Counted from the stretch's first letter, positions 1 to 7,354 are shown. The stretch: DNA of 11,726 bases from Elusimicrobiota bacterium (GCA_043826435.1 JBDRQF010000029.1:1-11726); one strand, 5' to 3'. The notes: generated from the letters alone by a model not told the origin. Program-made: numbers and translations.

Positions 1-26
1 ATAAATAGATAGCGGAGGTGGTAAAG

Positions 27-263
27 ATGACAAAATTAATGGCTGTTAGAATGCCTGAAAATCTTATTAAAGAATTAAAAACTATTCGTAAGACACAGGG
101 AACTGTAATCTCTCATTTCATTACTGAAGCAGTTATAGAGAGAATCAGGGAGATGAAAGAAAACGAGGAAGACATTGCTGTTATAGAGTCCAGGAAGAAT
201 GAACCCTCAATGAGTGAAGCGGAATGGAATAGACATTTAAAACATAAAGGGATAAATGTATAA
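27..263 (+). CDS. Type II TA antitoxin, ribbon-helix-helix (RelB/DUF6290-like)
   Basis: N-terminal MAVRMPENLIKEL...ISHFITEAVIERI fits the RHH pattern and is followed by an acidic EEDIAVIE segment. GGAGGT at 14-19 lies 7 nt before ATG 27, which is preferred over GTG 18. Overlaps the toxin start. Confidence 0.8.
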   Translation: MTKLMAVRMPENLIKELKTIRKTQGTVISHFITEAVIERIREMKENEEDIAVIESRKNEPSMSEAEWNRHLKHKGINV

Positions 264-516
264 TCTTATTGTAAAGAAAAGCGTTAAAAAAGATATTGAA
301 GATATTGACAGAGATGACCTTCAACGGATTGCTGATAATATTAAGGCTCTTAAATTTAATCCATTACCACCGGGAATAAAGAAAATTAAAAAAGGTAAGG
401 GATCTTATTACAGGATAAGGCAGGGTGATTTCAGGATTGGATACAGATTTGATTCAACAGAGAAACTTATTGAAATCATTTACATAAGGCGAAGAAGTGA
501 AAGAACCTATTTGTAA
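256..516 (+). CDS. Type II TA toxin, RelE/ParE family
   Basis: 86 aa and basic. Shows MYNLIVKKSVKKDI, NPLPPGIKKIK, YRIRQGDFRIGY and C-terminal IYIRRRSERTY, typical of RelE/StbE. Overlaps the antitoxin by 8 nt. Confidence 0.9.
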   Translation: MYNLIVKKSVKKDIEDIDRDDLQRIADNIKALKFNPLPPGIKKIKKGKGSYYRIRQGDFRIGYRFDSTEKLIEIIYIRRRSERTYL

Positions 517-668
517 TAATACAGAACAAACACCCAGCGTCGGAACTTGTTCCGGAATTACCGAAACAAATTGATGAAATAATCTCAAAATGCCTTCAAG
601 CAGATAAAGAAAAAAGATACAAGACAGTAAACGATTTAATTATGGATTTAAGGGATATAGCAGTATAA
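516..668 (+). pseudogene. C-terminal remnant of a Hanks-type Ser/Thr protein kinase (subdomains X-XI)
   Basis: Manual translation gives IIQNKHPASELVPELPKQIDEIISKCLQADKEKRYKTVNDLIMDLRDIAV*, matching PxxLxPxLPxxLDxIIxKCLxKDPxxRYxxxxELxxDL. An in-frame TGA lies at 498-500 and there is no start codon upstream of the motif. Not in the ORF track. Confidence 0.75.
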
Positions 669-697
669 TCTGTCAATACAACTCTGGATGGCGCCAC

Positions 698-731
698 AAA
701 TGTAATAAAAGTGTTGACTTTTTTTACATTT
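698..731. promoter_or_regulatory. 15-4-15 inverted repeat (candidate operator or AT-rich hairpin) overlapping the -35 box
   Basis: AAATGTAATAAAAGT-GTTG-ACTTTTTTTACATTT; 14 of 15 arm positions are complementary. Confidence 0.65.
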
Positions 732-742
732 TTTGTTAAAAT
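714..742 (+). promoter_or_regulatory. sigma70-type promoter
   Basis: TTGACT (714-719), 17-nt spacer, TAAAAT (737-742), extended -10 TG at 734-735. SD GGAGGT at 768-773 precedes ATG 781. Confidence 0.7.
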
Positions 743-780
743 CCTATGAGGTAGATGTTTCGTCTTTGGAGGTTCTTAAT

Positions 781-963
781 ATGAAATTGTTTGCACGAGA
801 AATAGTTGATTGCATTAAAAAATGGTTTGATAAACCTGAAATAATTGTTTTGCTCGGTGCAAGGCAGGTCGGTAAAACCTGTTTGATGAAATTACTCATC
901 CAAGAGCTTAAACCTAGAAAATGTCGCTGGCCTACCAGCAGGACAATTTCACCAGACCTCTGA
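781..963 (+). pseudogene. Truncated N-terminus of an AAA_14/COG1373-type ATP-binding protein
   Basis: MKLFAREIVDCIKKWFDKPEIIVLLGARQVGKTCLMK contains the Walker A GARQVGKT typical of AAA_14(+DUF4143) proteins, which are normally about 400 aa. It stops after 60 aa with no Walker B, and the tail PRKCRWPTSRTISPDL looks non-homologous. Confidence 0.8.
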
Positions 964-964
964 T

Positions 965-1174
965 ATGATAAAACTTCACCGGCTTAACGGCGCAGAGATG
1001 GTCATTAATGCAGAACTCATAGAATCCATAGACGCAGTCCCCGATACAAAAATCATACTGACGACGGGGAACCAGTTTATAGTGAAGGAAAAGGTCCAGG
1101 AGGTAATTGAAAAGGTTCAGGAATATAAAAGGCAGGTGCGGTCAGGCAGTGAGGATCGCGACAACAGGAGGTAG
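965..1174 (+). CDS. flbD: Flagellar FlbD/SwrD family protein
   Basis: MIKLHRLNG...INAELIESIDAVPDTKIILTTG...VKE is the FlbD pattern, in its usual position directly before motA. Confidence 0.92.
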   Translation: MIKLHRLNGAEMVINAELIESIDAVPDTKIILTTGNQFIVKEKVQEVIEKVQEYKRQVRSGSEDRDNRR

Positions 1175-1177
1175 AAA

Positions 1178-2020
1178 ATGGACATAACAACTTTGATAGG
1201 AGCAATTGCAGGAATAATGTTAATCTCAATAGGCATAATGCTCAGGGGTGCCGGCGGGATTGACTTCACCCAGTTTGTACTTTTCTGGAATTTTCCATCG
1301 CTCCTTATAACATTCGGGGGAACGATAGCGGCCACACTGATTAACTATCCTTTAAGACAGGTGATAGGCGTATGGACTATTGCTAAGAAGGTGTTCACCG
1401 AATCCGGCGAGGACACGACCGGCATCATATCGCAGTTCGTTTCGCTCGCCCAGAAGTCCAAAAAGGAGGGCTTTCTTTCATTGGAGTCATCCGTAAAGAC
1501 AATGCCGAATGATTTTATGAAAAGGGGAGTGCAGATGGTGATAGACGGCGGAGACGCCGATTTTATCCGGAACCTGATGGAGACGGACATAACTTTCATT
1601 TCAGAAAGGCACAAAATAGGACAGGAGATATTCATAGCGATGGGGACTTATGCCCCAGCATTCGGTATGTTGGGGACGATTATAGGACTTATCTTGATGC
1701 TGGCGAAATTAGAAGACCAGTCGCAGATCGCCAGCGGTATGGCGGTGGCTTTGCTGACCACTTTCTACGGTATTATCGGAGCGTACCTGATATTTTTGCC
1801 GATAGCGGGAAAACTCAAGCGGAGGAGTGAGGAAGAGATGCTCATTAAGGAGGTAATAGTAAGGGGCGTATTATTGTTGCAGTCAGGCACTACACCGTCA
1901 ATAATTGAGGCGAACCTGCAGGCATACCTTGAACCGAAAAGCCGCAAATTGGCGGTTGCAAGAGAGTCAGAAGCGAGGTCCGAACCGACCCCGCCCGCTA
2001 CAGGAACAGGAGCGACATAA
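1178..2020 (+). CDS. motA: Flagellar stator A subunit (MotA/PomA/MotP type)
   Basis: MDITTLIG, PSLLITFGGT, KKEGFLSLE, YAPAFGMLGTIIGL, MAVALLTTFYG, FLPIAGKL; SD GGAGG upstream. Confidence 0.95.
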   Translation: MDITTLIGAIAGIMLISIGIMLRGAGGIDFTQFVLFWNFPSLLITFGGTIAATLINYPLRQVIGVWTIAKKVFTESGEDTTGIISQFVSLAQKSKKEGFLSLESSVKTMPNDFMKRGVQMVIDGGDADFIRNLMETDITFISERHKIGQEIFIAMGTYAPAFGMLGTIIGLILMLAKLEDQSQIASGMAVALLTTFYGIIGAYLIFLPIAGKLKRRSEEEMLIKEVIVRGVLLLQSGTTPSIIEANLQAYLEPKSRKLAVARESEARSEPTPPATGTGAT

Positions 2021-2026
2021 AATAAA

Positions 2027-2788
2027 ATGCCTATCGGAAGAAAATCCTCAGAAACAATATCAATCGGCAGGGGCGCTCCACCATGGTTCTCTTCTTACGG
2101 GGATTTGGTGACGCAACTTTTGATATTTTTCGTTATGCTTTTTGCGCTCTCTGCTGCTGCGACTGAAAACCAGTTGAAAAAAATAAAAGACAAGATTGAC
2201 ACTTATGCAAAGGACAACGCCCTCGGGGAAATTATATCAACCAAGATTACCCAGAAGGAAGGGCTGGTGATTTCTTTCCGGGATAAATACATGTTTGATT
2301 CAGGCAAGGCGGCGGTATATGAGGGAGCAAAAAAAATAATAATTGATGTTATGTCAAACCTGAAGGAAGTCCCTAACAAGATTGCAATTGAAGGGCATAC
2401 TGACAATGTCCCGATAACCACCCCGGAGTTTCCATCCAACTGGGAGTTATCAACGACAAGGGCGACGAACATATTGAAGTTAATAATTGAATCGTTCGGG
2501 TTTGACCCCAAGAGATTTACTGCGTCGGGGTATGGGGAAAACCTGCCTGATTCAGGCGTGCTGTTTTCCGTTATAGGGGGTAGCCCGACGACCGAGTTTT
2601 CTCCGGACGAATGGAGGAAGATTGTCCGGGTATGCAACGACACGACTGAAAAGAAATCCAAGAACAGGAGAATAGACATAGTCGTACGACGTATGGAACT
2701 GGACGAGATGCGTTCCTGGCGGGCGAAATTAAAGGAAGCAGCGAGCGAACTCATTACCCACAAAGGGCTGACTAAGGTAAAAACATAA
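2027..2788 (+). CDS. motB: Flagellar stator B subunit (MotB/PomB/MotS type) with OmpA-like peptidoglycan-binding domain
   Basis: TM motif WFSSYGDLVTQLLIFFVML with the ion-binding Asp26; FDSGKA, IEGHTDN, SNWELSTTRA, GYGE and NRRIDIVV. Confidence 0.95.
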   Translation: MPIGRKSSETISIGRGAPPWFSSYGDLVTQLLIFFVMLFALSAAATENQLKKIKDKIDTYAKDNALGEIISTKITQKEGLVISFRDKYMFDSGKAAVYEGAKKIIIDVMSNLKEVPNKIAIEGHTDNVPITTPEFPSNWELSTTRATNILKLIIESFGFDPKRFTASGYGENLPDSGVLFSVIGGSPTTEFSPDEWRKIVRVCNDTTEKKSKNRRIDIVVRRMELDEMRSWRAKLKEAASELITHKGLTKVKT

Positions 2789-2815
2789 TAATAATTTGTA
2801 GAAGGGAGACGCGTA

Positions 2816-5527
2816 ATGCCAAAAAAACATGTTTATTTTTTCGGAGGACATCAGGCGGATGGGCAGGGGAAAATGAAGAACCTTCTTGGAGGCAAGGGTG
2901 CTAACCTGGCGGAGATGGTGAAAATAGGCATACCTGTTCCTGCTGGTTTCACTATTACGACGGATGTGTGCGTTCATTTTTACAGGAACAAAAAGAAATA
3001 CCCGGGGGAATTAAAATTACAGGTTGAAAAGGCATTGTCAAAGGTTGAGAAAGTAATGGGTAGTAAATTCGGAGATAGTGAAAACCCGCTACTTGTGTCG
3101 GTGAGAAGTGGCGCAAGGAGGTCAATGCCGGGTATGATGGAGACGGTCCTGAACGTAGGGCTTAACGACAGGACGCGCGAAGCGCTTATAAGAAAAACGG
3201 GCAACCCCCGGTTCGTGTATGACGCCCAGCGCCGACTGATACAGATGTATTCGGACGTGGTCATGGAAAAGGCGGAGGGCATTGAGCCGGCGGAAGGGCA
3301 GGGTATCCGCCAGCAACTTGAAAAGGAACTCCGGAAGATGAAAGAAAAAAGAGGGGTTACCCAGGACACGGAACTCACTGCGGACGACCTGAAGGAACTC
3401 GTCGGTATATACAAGGCGAAGGTGAAGGAAGTGCTCGGCAAGGAATTCCCGGAAGACCCTTATCGGCAGTTGTGGGGGGGCATTTCAGCCGTGTTCCTTT
3501 CGTGGAACGGCAAACGGGCGGTTTCTTACCGCCGTATAGAAGGCATACCTGAAGAGTGGGGGACTGCCGTGAACGTCCAGGCGATGGTCTTCGGTAATAT
3601 GGGCGATACATCCGCAACGGGCGTTGCTTTTACAAGAAACCCCGCAACTGGTGAAAACATGTTTTACGGTGAATGGCTCGTCAATGCCCAGGGAGAGGAC
3701 GTCGTTGCGGGCATCAGGACGCCCAACCCTATGAACGAGGCGGGCAAGACGGAACAAACCATGAATTTAATATCGCTGGAGGGCGCAATGCCGCACCTTT
3801 ACAGGCAACTCTGGACGATTCAGAAGAAACTTGAAAAACATTACCGTGATATGCAGGACATAGAATTTACAATTCAGGATGGAGTCCTTTGGATGCTTCA
3901 GTGCCGGGTCGGTAAAAGAAACGGGCCTGCCGCCGTCAGGATGGCGGTGGATATGCTGAAAGAAAAACTTATAAAAAAGGAAGATGCGGTACTGAGGGTT
4001 ACCCCGTCGCAATTGGACGAACTGCTGCACCCCATAGTTGATCCCGCCGCAGAGAAAAATGCAAAACCGCTTGCCAAAGGCCTGCCTGCAGGGCCGGGCG
4101 GCGCCTCAGGCATGATTGTATTTTCAGCGCAGGATGCAGTCAACTGGAAAAAGGAAGGCAAGCAGGTGATTCTCGTACGTGAGGAAACAAACCCCGAAGA
4201 TGTTGAGGGAATGAGGGCTGCAGTTGCAATTCTTACCGCCCGCGGCGGGATGACTTCACACGCGGCTCTTGTGGCGCGCGGGTGGGGAAAGTGCTGTATC
4301 GTTGGCGCCGGCGGACTACACATTGATCATCTTAACAAAACGTTAAAAACCGGGGACGCCACGCTTAAAGAAGGCGACTGGGTTACGCTCAACGGAACCA
4401 GGGGATACGTTTATAAAGGGCAGCTCCCGATGGTGAAAGCCGCTGAGGAAAACCCGTATTTCGTTGAATTTATTAAAATATGCGATCGTCTGAAAAGGTT
4501 GGGGGTCAGGACAAACGCGGACACCCCGGACGACGCAAAAAAGGCGAGGAGTTTCGGCGCCGAGGGGATAGGGCTTTTCAGGACGGAGCATATGTTTTAC
4601 GGGAAGGGCTCCGAACAGCCGCTTTTTATTTTAAGGAAGATGATAATGTCAAAGGACGAGCAGGAGAGGAGGAAAGCCCTTGACGAATTGTTCCCGTTTG
4701 TCAAACAGGACATAAAGGGGACGCTAAAAGTAATGGAAGGGCTGCCCGTCGTGGTGCGTCTTTTGGACCCGCCGTTGCACGAGTTTGTACCTAAGGGAGA
4801 AGAGGAGAGGAAGCGGCTGGCGGAAAGTTTGGGTATATCTATGGAGGAGTTCAATAAGAGGGCGAACGCCCTGCATGAATCAAACCCGATGATGGGGCAC
4901 CGCGGCGTCCGTCTCGGCGTAACATACCCCGAGATTACAGAGATGCAGGTCAGGGCGATTTTCGAGGCGTCAGCAGAATTGCTGAAAGAGGGGGAGGACG
5001 TACTCCCGGAGATAATGATACCGGTCGTTTCAATGGTTGAAGAAATCAGGCACCAGAAATTGATTGTTGAAAAGGTTTATCTTGAGGTGTGTAAAAAATT
5101 CGGGCTTAAGAAAATAAAATATCTTTTCGGCACGATGATTGAAATACCGCGGGCGGCGCTGACGGCAGGGAAAATCGCGGAGGTCTCGGAATTTTTTTCG
5201 TACGGGACGAACGATTTAACGCAGATGGGTTTCGGTTTTTCACGGGATGACATAGGCGGTTTTGCGCCCGATTACATCAATAAAAATATTCTGCCCTGCG
5301 ACCCTTTTGCAGTGATTGATTTTGAGGGTATAGGAGAACTAATAAAAATCGGCATTGAGAGAGGCAGGAAAACGAAGAAAAATCTCGAGATCGGTATCTG
5401 CGGAGAGCACGGCGGGGAACCCGAAAGCGTGAAGTTCTGTCACAGGGCCGGGATGGACTATGTCTCCTGTTCGCCCTACAGGGTGCCGATTGCAAAACTT
5501 GCAGCGGCTCAGGCGGTCGTTGAATAG
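2816..5527 (+). CDS. ppdK: Pyruvate, phosphate dikinase
   Basis: 903 aa with LLGGKGANLAEM, PLLVSVRSGA, SMPGMM, catalytic GGMTSHAA, GIGLFRTEHM, GTNDLTQ and GICGEHGG; SD GGGAG at 2804-2808. Confidence 0.98.
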   Translation: MPKKHVYFFGGHQADGQGKMKNLLGGKGANLAEMVKIGIPVPAGFTITTDVCVHFYRNKKKYPGELKLQVEKALSKVEKVMGSKFGDSENPLLVSVRSGARRSMPGMMETVLNVGLNDRTREALIRKTGNPRFVYDAQRRLIQMYSDVVMEKAEGIEPAEGQGIRQQLEKELRKMKEKRGVTQDTELTADDLKELVGIYKAKVKEVLGKEFPEDPYRQLWGGISAVFLSWNGKRAVSYRRIEGIPEEWGTAVNVQAMVFGNMGDTSATGVAFTRNPATGENMFYGEWLVNAQGEDVVAGIRTPNPMNEAGKTEQTMNLISLEGAMPHLYRQLWTIQKKLEKHYRDMQDIEFTIQDGVLWMLQCRVGKRNGPAAVRMAVDMLKEKLIKKEDAVLRVTPSQLDELLHPIVDPAAEKNAKPLAKGLPAGPGGASGMIVFSAQDAVNWKKEGKQVILVREETNPEDVEGMRAAVAILTARGGMTSHAALVARGWGKCCIVGAGGLHIDHLNKTLKTGDATLKEGDWVTLNGTRGYVYKGQLPMVKAAEENPYFVEFIKICDRLKRLGVRTNADTPDDAKKARSFGAEGIGLFRTEHMFYGKGSEQPLFILRKMIMSKDEQERRKALDELFPFVKQDIKGTLKVMEGLPVVVRLLDPPLHEFVPKGEEERKRLAESLGISMEEFNKRANALHESNPMMGHRGVRLGVTYPEITEMQVRAIFEASAELLKEGEDVLPEIMIPVVSMVEEIRHQKLIVEKVYLEVCKKFGLKKIKYLFGTMIEIPRAALTAGKIAEVSEFFSYGTNDLTQMGFGFSRDDIGGFAPDYINKNILPCDPFAVIDFEGIGELIKIGIERGRKTKKNLEIGICGEHGGEPESVKFCHRAGMDYVSCSPYRVPIAKLAAAQAVVE

Positions 5528-6510
5528 CGTTTCAGGGCGGATTCAAGTATATAACAAATTAATTCTTCATACGTCCTTTTACTCGCCTTTGCAACCAGCG
5601 GGAAAACGTCTATAAGCCCTAAGTTGGGCAGCGGGTTGCACTCCAGAAAATACGGCTCATTGTTGTAATCAACCCTCACGTCAATCCTGCCGAGGTCCCT
5701 GCAACCCAATGCCCTGTATGCGGCAAGAGACAGATCTATGATTTTTCTGCTGAGTTCGGCGTCTATGTCCGCCGGACATATGTATTTTATGTCTTTGGAT
5801 TCAACCCTGGCATGCGTATAAAAGTCGTCGCCCAGGTCCGTTTCGTTTTTTATAGCAATCTGCACCGGCGGCAGAACCTCGGGCGGGCCATTGCCGACAA
5901 TCGCCACCGTAAATTCATACCCGACTATAAACTCCTCAATCAATGCCGGTTGGCGGTAATTACTTACAATCCACTGCGCCCTCTTTTTCATCTGGCTGAA
6001 ATTCCGTACTACGGATTCCTTTGAAATCCCTTTGCTGGTCCCTTCCTGCGACGGCTTCACAATCAGCGGGAACCTTAGTTTGAATTTCTTCGGGGACAGG
6101 TCGTCGGCTGACTCAACTGAAACAAAATCCGCTGTTTTTATCCCGTGGTAGCGCATAACCTTTTTCGCCATTATCTTGTCAAGCGTAAGGGACATCGTCA
6201 GCGGGTCGCTGCCTGTATAGGGGATGTCAAAAAGTTCAAGGATAGCAGGTACATGGGATTCCCTGCTCCTGCCCGTTACTCCCTCGCATATGTTGAATAC
6301 CATGTCCCACCTTTCGCCGTCAAGGAGTTTTTTAAGGAGTGATTTCGCATTGCCTATCCGGATAATAGTGTGGTTGCTTTTTCCGAGGGCATTTTCTATT
6401 GAGGATATCGTTTCCTCATTATCAAACTCTGCGTATTTGTCCGGCGGGTCATCCGGTGAAAGAGGATAGTCGTCTTTTTTATCATAGGCGAAGCCGATTT
6501 TAAGTTTCAC
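5509..6510 (-). CDS. D-Ala-D-Ala ligase-like ATP-grasp protein (non-canonical subfamily)
   Basis: FNICEG, IPYTGS, LDKIMAK, PLIVKPSQEGTSKGI, LIEEFI, RIDVR and FLECNPLP are present. The N-terminal GGxSxE of true Ddl is absent. GTG start. Confidence 0.85.
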   Translation of the reverse strand: MKLKIGFAYDKKDDYPLSPDDPPDKYAEFDNEETISSIENALGKSNHTIIRIGNAKSLLKKLLDGERWDMVFNICEGVTGRSRESHVPAILELFDIPYTGSDPLTMSLTLDKIMAKKVMRYHGIKTADFVSVESADDLSPKKFKLRFPLIVKPSQEGTSKGISKESVVRNFSQMKKRAQWIVSNYRQPALIEEFIVGYEFTVAIVGNGPPEVLPPVQIAIKNETDLGDDFYTHARVESKDIKYICPADIDAELSRKIIDLSLAAYRALGCRDLGRIDVRVDYNNEPYFLECNPLPNLGLIDVFPLVAKASKRTYEELICYILESALKRYSTTA

Positions 6511-6570
6511 AATGATAGATTTTACATATTTTTTTTGGAATTGTCAAATACCTGGTGCAATATTCAGCAT

Positions 6571-6661
6571 GAGGGTGTGCGAATATATGTGTGTTGTTGC
6601 ACGCAAATTTTGCAGAGGGCTGTGTGAATATACGGACAATGTTGCGCGCAAATTTTGCAGA
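6571..6661. repeat. Imperfect 45-bp-period tandem duplication with a palindromic GCAAA-T-TTTGC core
   Basis: GAATATA at 6581/6626, TGTTGC at 6595/6640, CGCAAATTTTGCAGA at 6602-6616 and 6647-6661. Confidence 0.85.
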
Positions 6662-6677
6662 CATTTACAGGGCAGTA

Positions 6678-6706
6678 TTGACATAATAAATGAAATTTGA
6701 TAGTAT
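6678..6706 (+). promoter_or_regulatory. sigma70-type promoter (distal, toward the receiver gene)
   Basis: TTGACA (6678-6683), 17-nt spacer, TAGTAT (6701-6706), TG at 6698-6699. Confidence 0.55.
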
Positions 6707-6754
6707 AACAAGCAGGGGCACGCGGGTTTCCACCGCTTCTTTCGGAATGATGCA

Positions 6755-6834
6755 GAGGATGAGATTGCTTCGGCTGCCCCTTGCAATGACATGTGAGGAT
6801 GAGATTGCTTCGGCTGCCCCTTGCAATGACATGT
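6755..6834. repeat. Two exact tandem 40-bp copies of a REP-like palindromic unit
   Basis: GAGGATGAGATTGCTTCGGCTGCCCCTTGCAATGACATGT at 6755-6794 and 6795-6834, each with an internal ATTGC/GCAAT stem. Confidence 0.92.
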
Positions 6835-6843
6835 TGGGAGCGG

Positions 6844-6873
6844 TTGACTGCTCAGGCGGTTTGGGAGTATAAT
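6844..6873 (+). promoter_or_regulatory. sigma70-type promoter (proximal), possibly giving a leaderless mRNA
   Basis: TTGACT (6844-6849), 18-nt spacer, TATAAT (6868-6873). ATG 6878 is only 4 nt further, and GGGAG at 6863-6867 could serve as SD on longer transcripts. Confidence 0.5.
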
Positions 6874-6877
6874 TCTT

Positions 6878-7354
6878 ATGGCGGACATTATAAATTTATC
6901 AGACCCGAAGGACAAACGGATACTTATTGTTGAAGACGACGAGTCGGTAATGGATTTTCTCAGGTTTGCACTTGAGAAAGAAGGGTTCCGCACTACCTCT
7001 GCAGCCGACGGCGAAGAAGCCATTAAAAAGGCCAATAACGAAAAACCCGATTTGATACTCCTTGATATGATGCTGCCCAAAAAGGGCGGGTTTGAAGTGA
7101 TAAAAGCGATACAGACCAGCGAATGCAGGCACATACCCGTAATCGTTATCACCGGGAGGTTTATTGACGACAGTTTTCGGGATATGGTTAAATTTGAACC
7201 GAACGTCAAGGAGTTTATTCTTAAACCCGTGAAAACGCCGTACCTGGTTTTCCGCCTGCATTCCATATTGCAGACCAAGTCAAAGGAAGAGGCGGCTGCC
7301 GAGCAGAGACGGAAAACCGTTGAGGAACGCCTCAGGCCGAAGGCAGAAGAATGA
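6878..7354 (+). CDS. Stand-alone response regulator receiver protein with a charged C-terminal helix
   Basis: ILIVEDD, PDLILLDMMLP (phospho-Asp), IPVIVIT and FILKP; no DNA-binding output domain. Confidence 0.92.
   Translation: MADIINLSDPKDKRILIVEDDESVMDFLRFALEKEGFRTTSAADGEEAIKKANNEKPDLILLDMMLPKKGGFEVIKAIQTSECRHIPVIVITGRFIDDSFRDMVKFEPNVKEFILKPVKTPYLVFRLHSILQTKSKEEAAAEQRRKTVEERLRPKAEE

Noticed and set aside
671..676. Minus-strand TTGACA as an antisense promoter into the TA locus
   Set aside because: There is no acceptable -10 hexamer at 16-18 nt spacing.
733..780. TTG start for the ATPase stub
   Set aside because: It lies within the predicted promoter. The SD at 768-773 and the family N-terminus point to ATG 781.
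1178..2788. Zorya (ZorAB) or ExbBD/TolQR interpretation of the MotA/MotB pair next to a TA module
   Set aside because: MotA has no long ZorA-like cytoplasmic tail, flagellar-type motifs and flbD are present, and there are no zorC/D/E or tonB genes.
6595..6661. sigma54 -24/-12 promoter in TTGCACGCAAATTTTGCA
   Set aside because: It lacks the invariant GG and the spacing to TTGC is wrong.
6512..7278. ORFs 6544-7278 (-), 6512-6700 (+) and 6690-6872 (+)
   Set aside because: They are an antisense shadow of the receiver gene or translations of the repeats and promoters, with no protein motifs.
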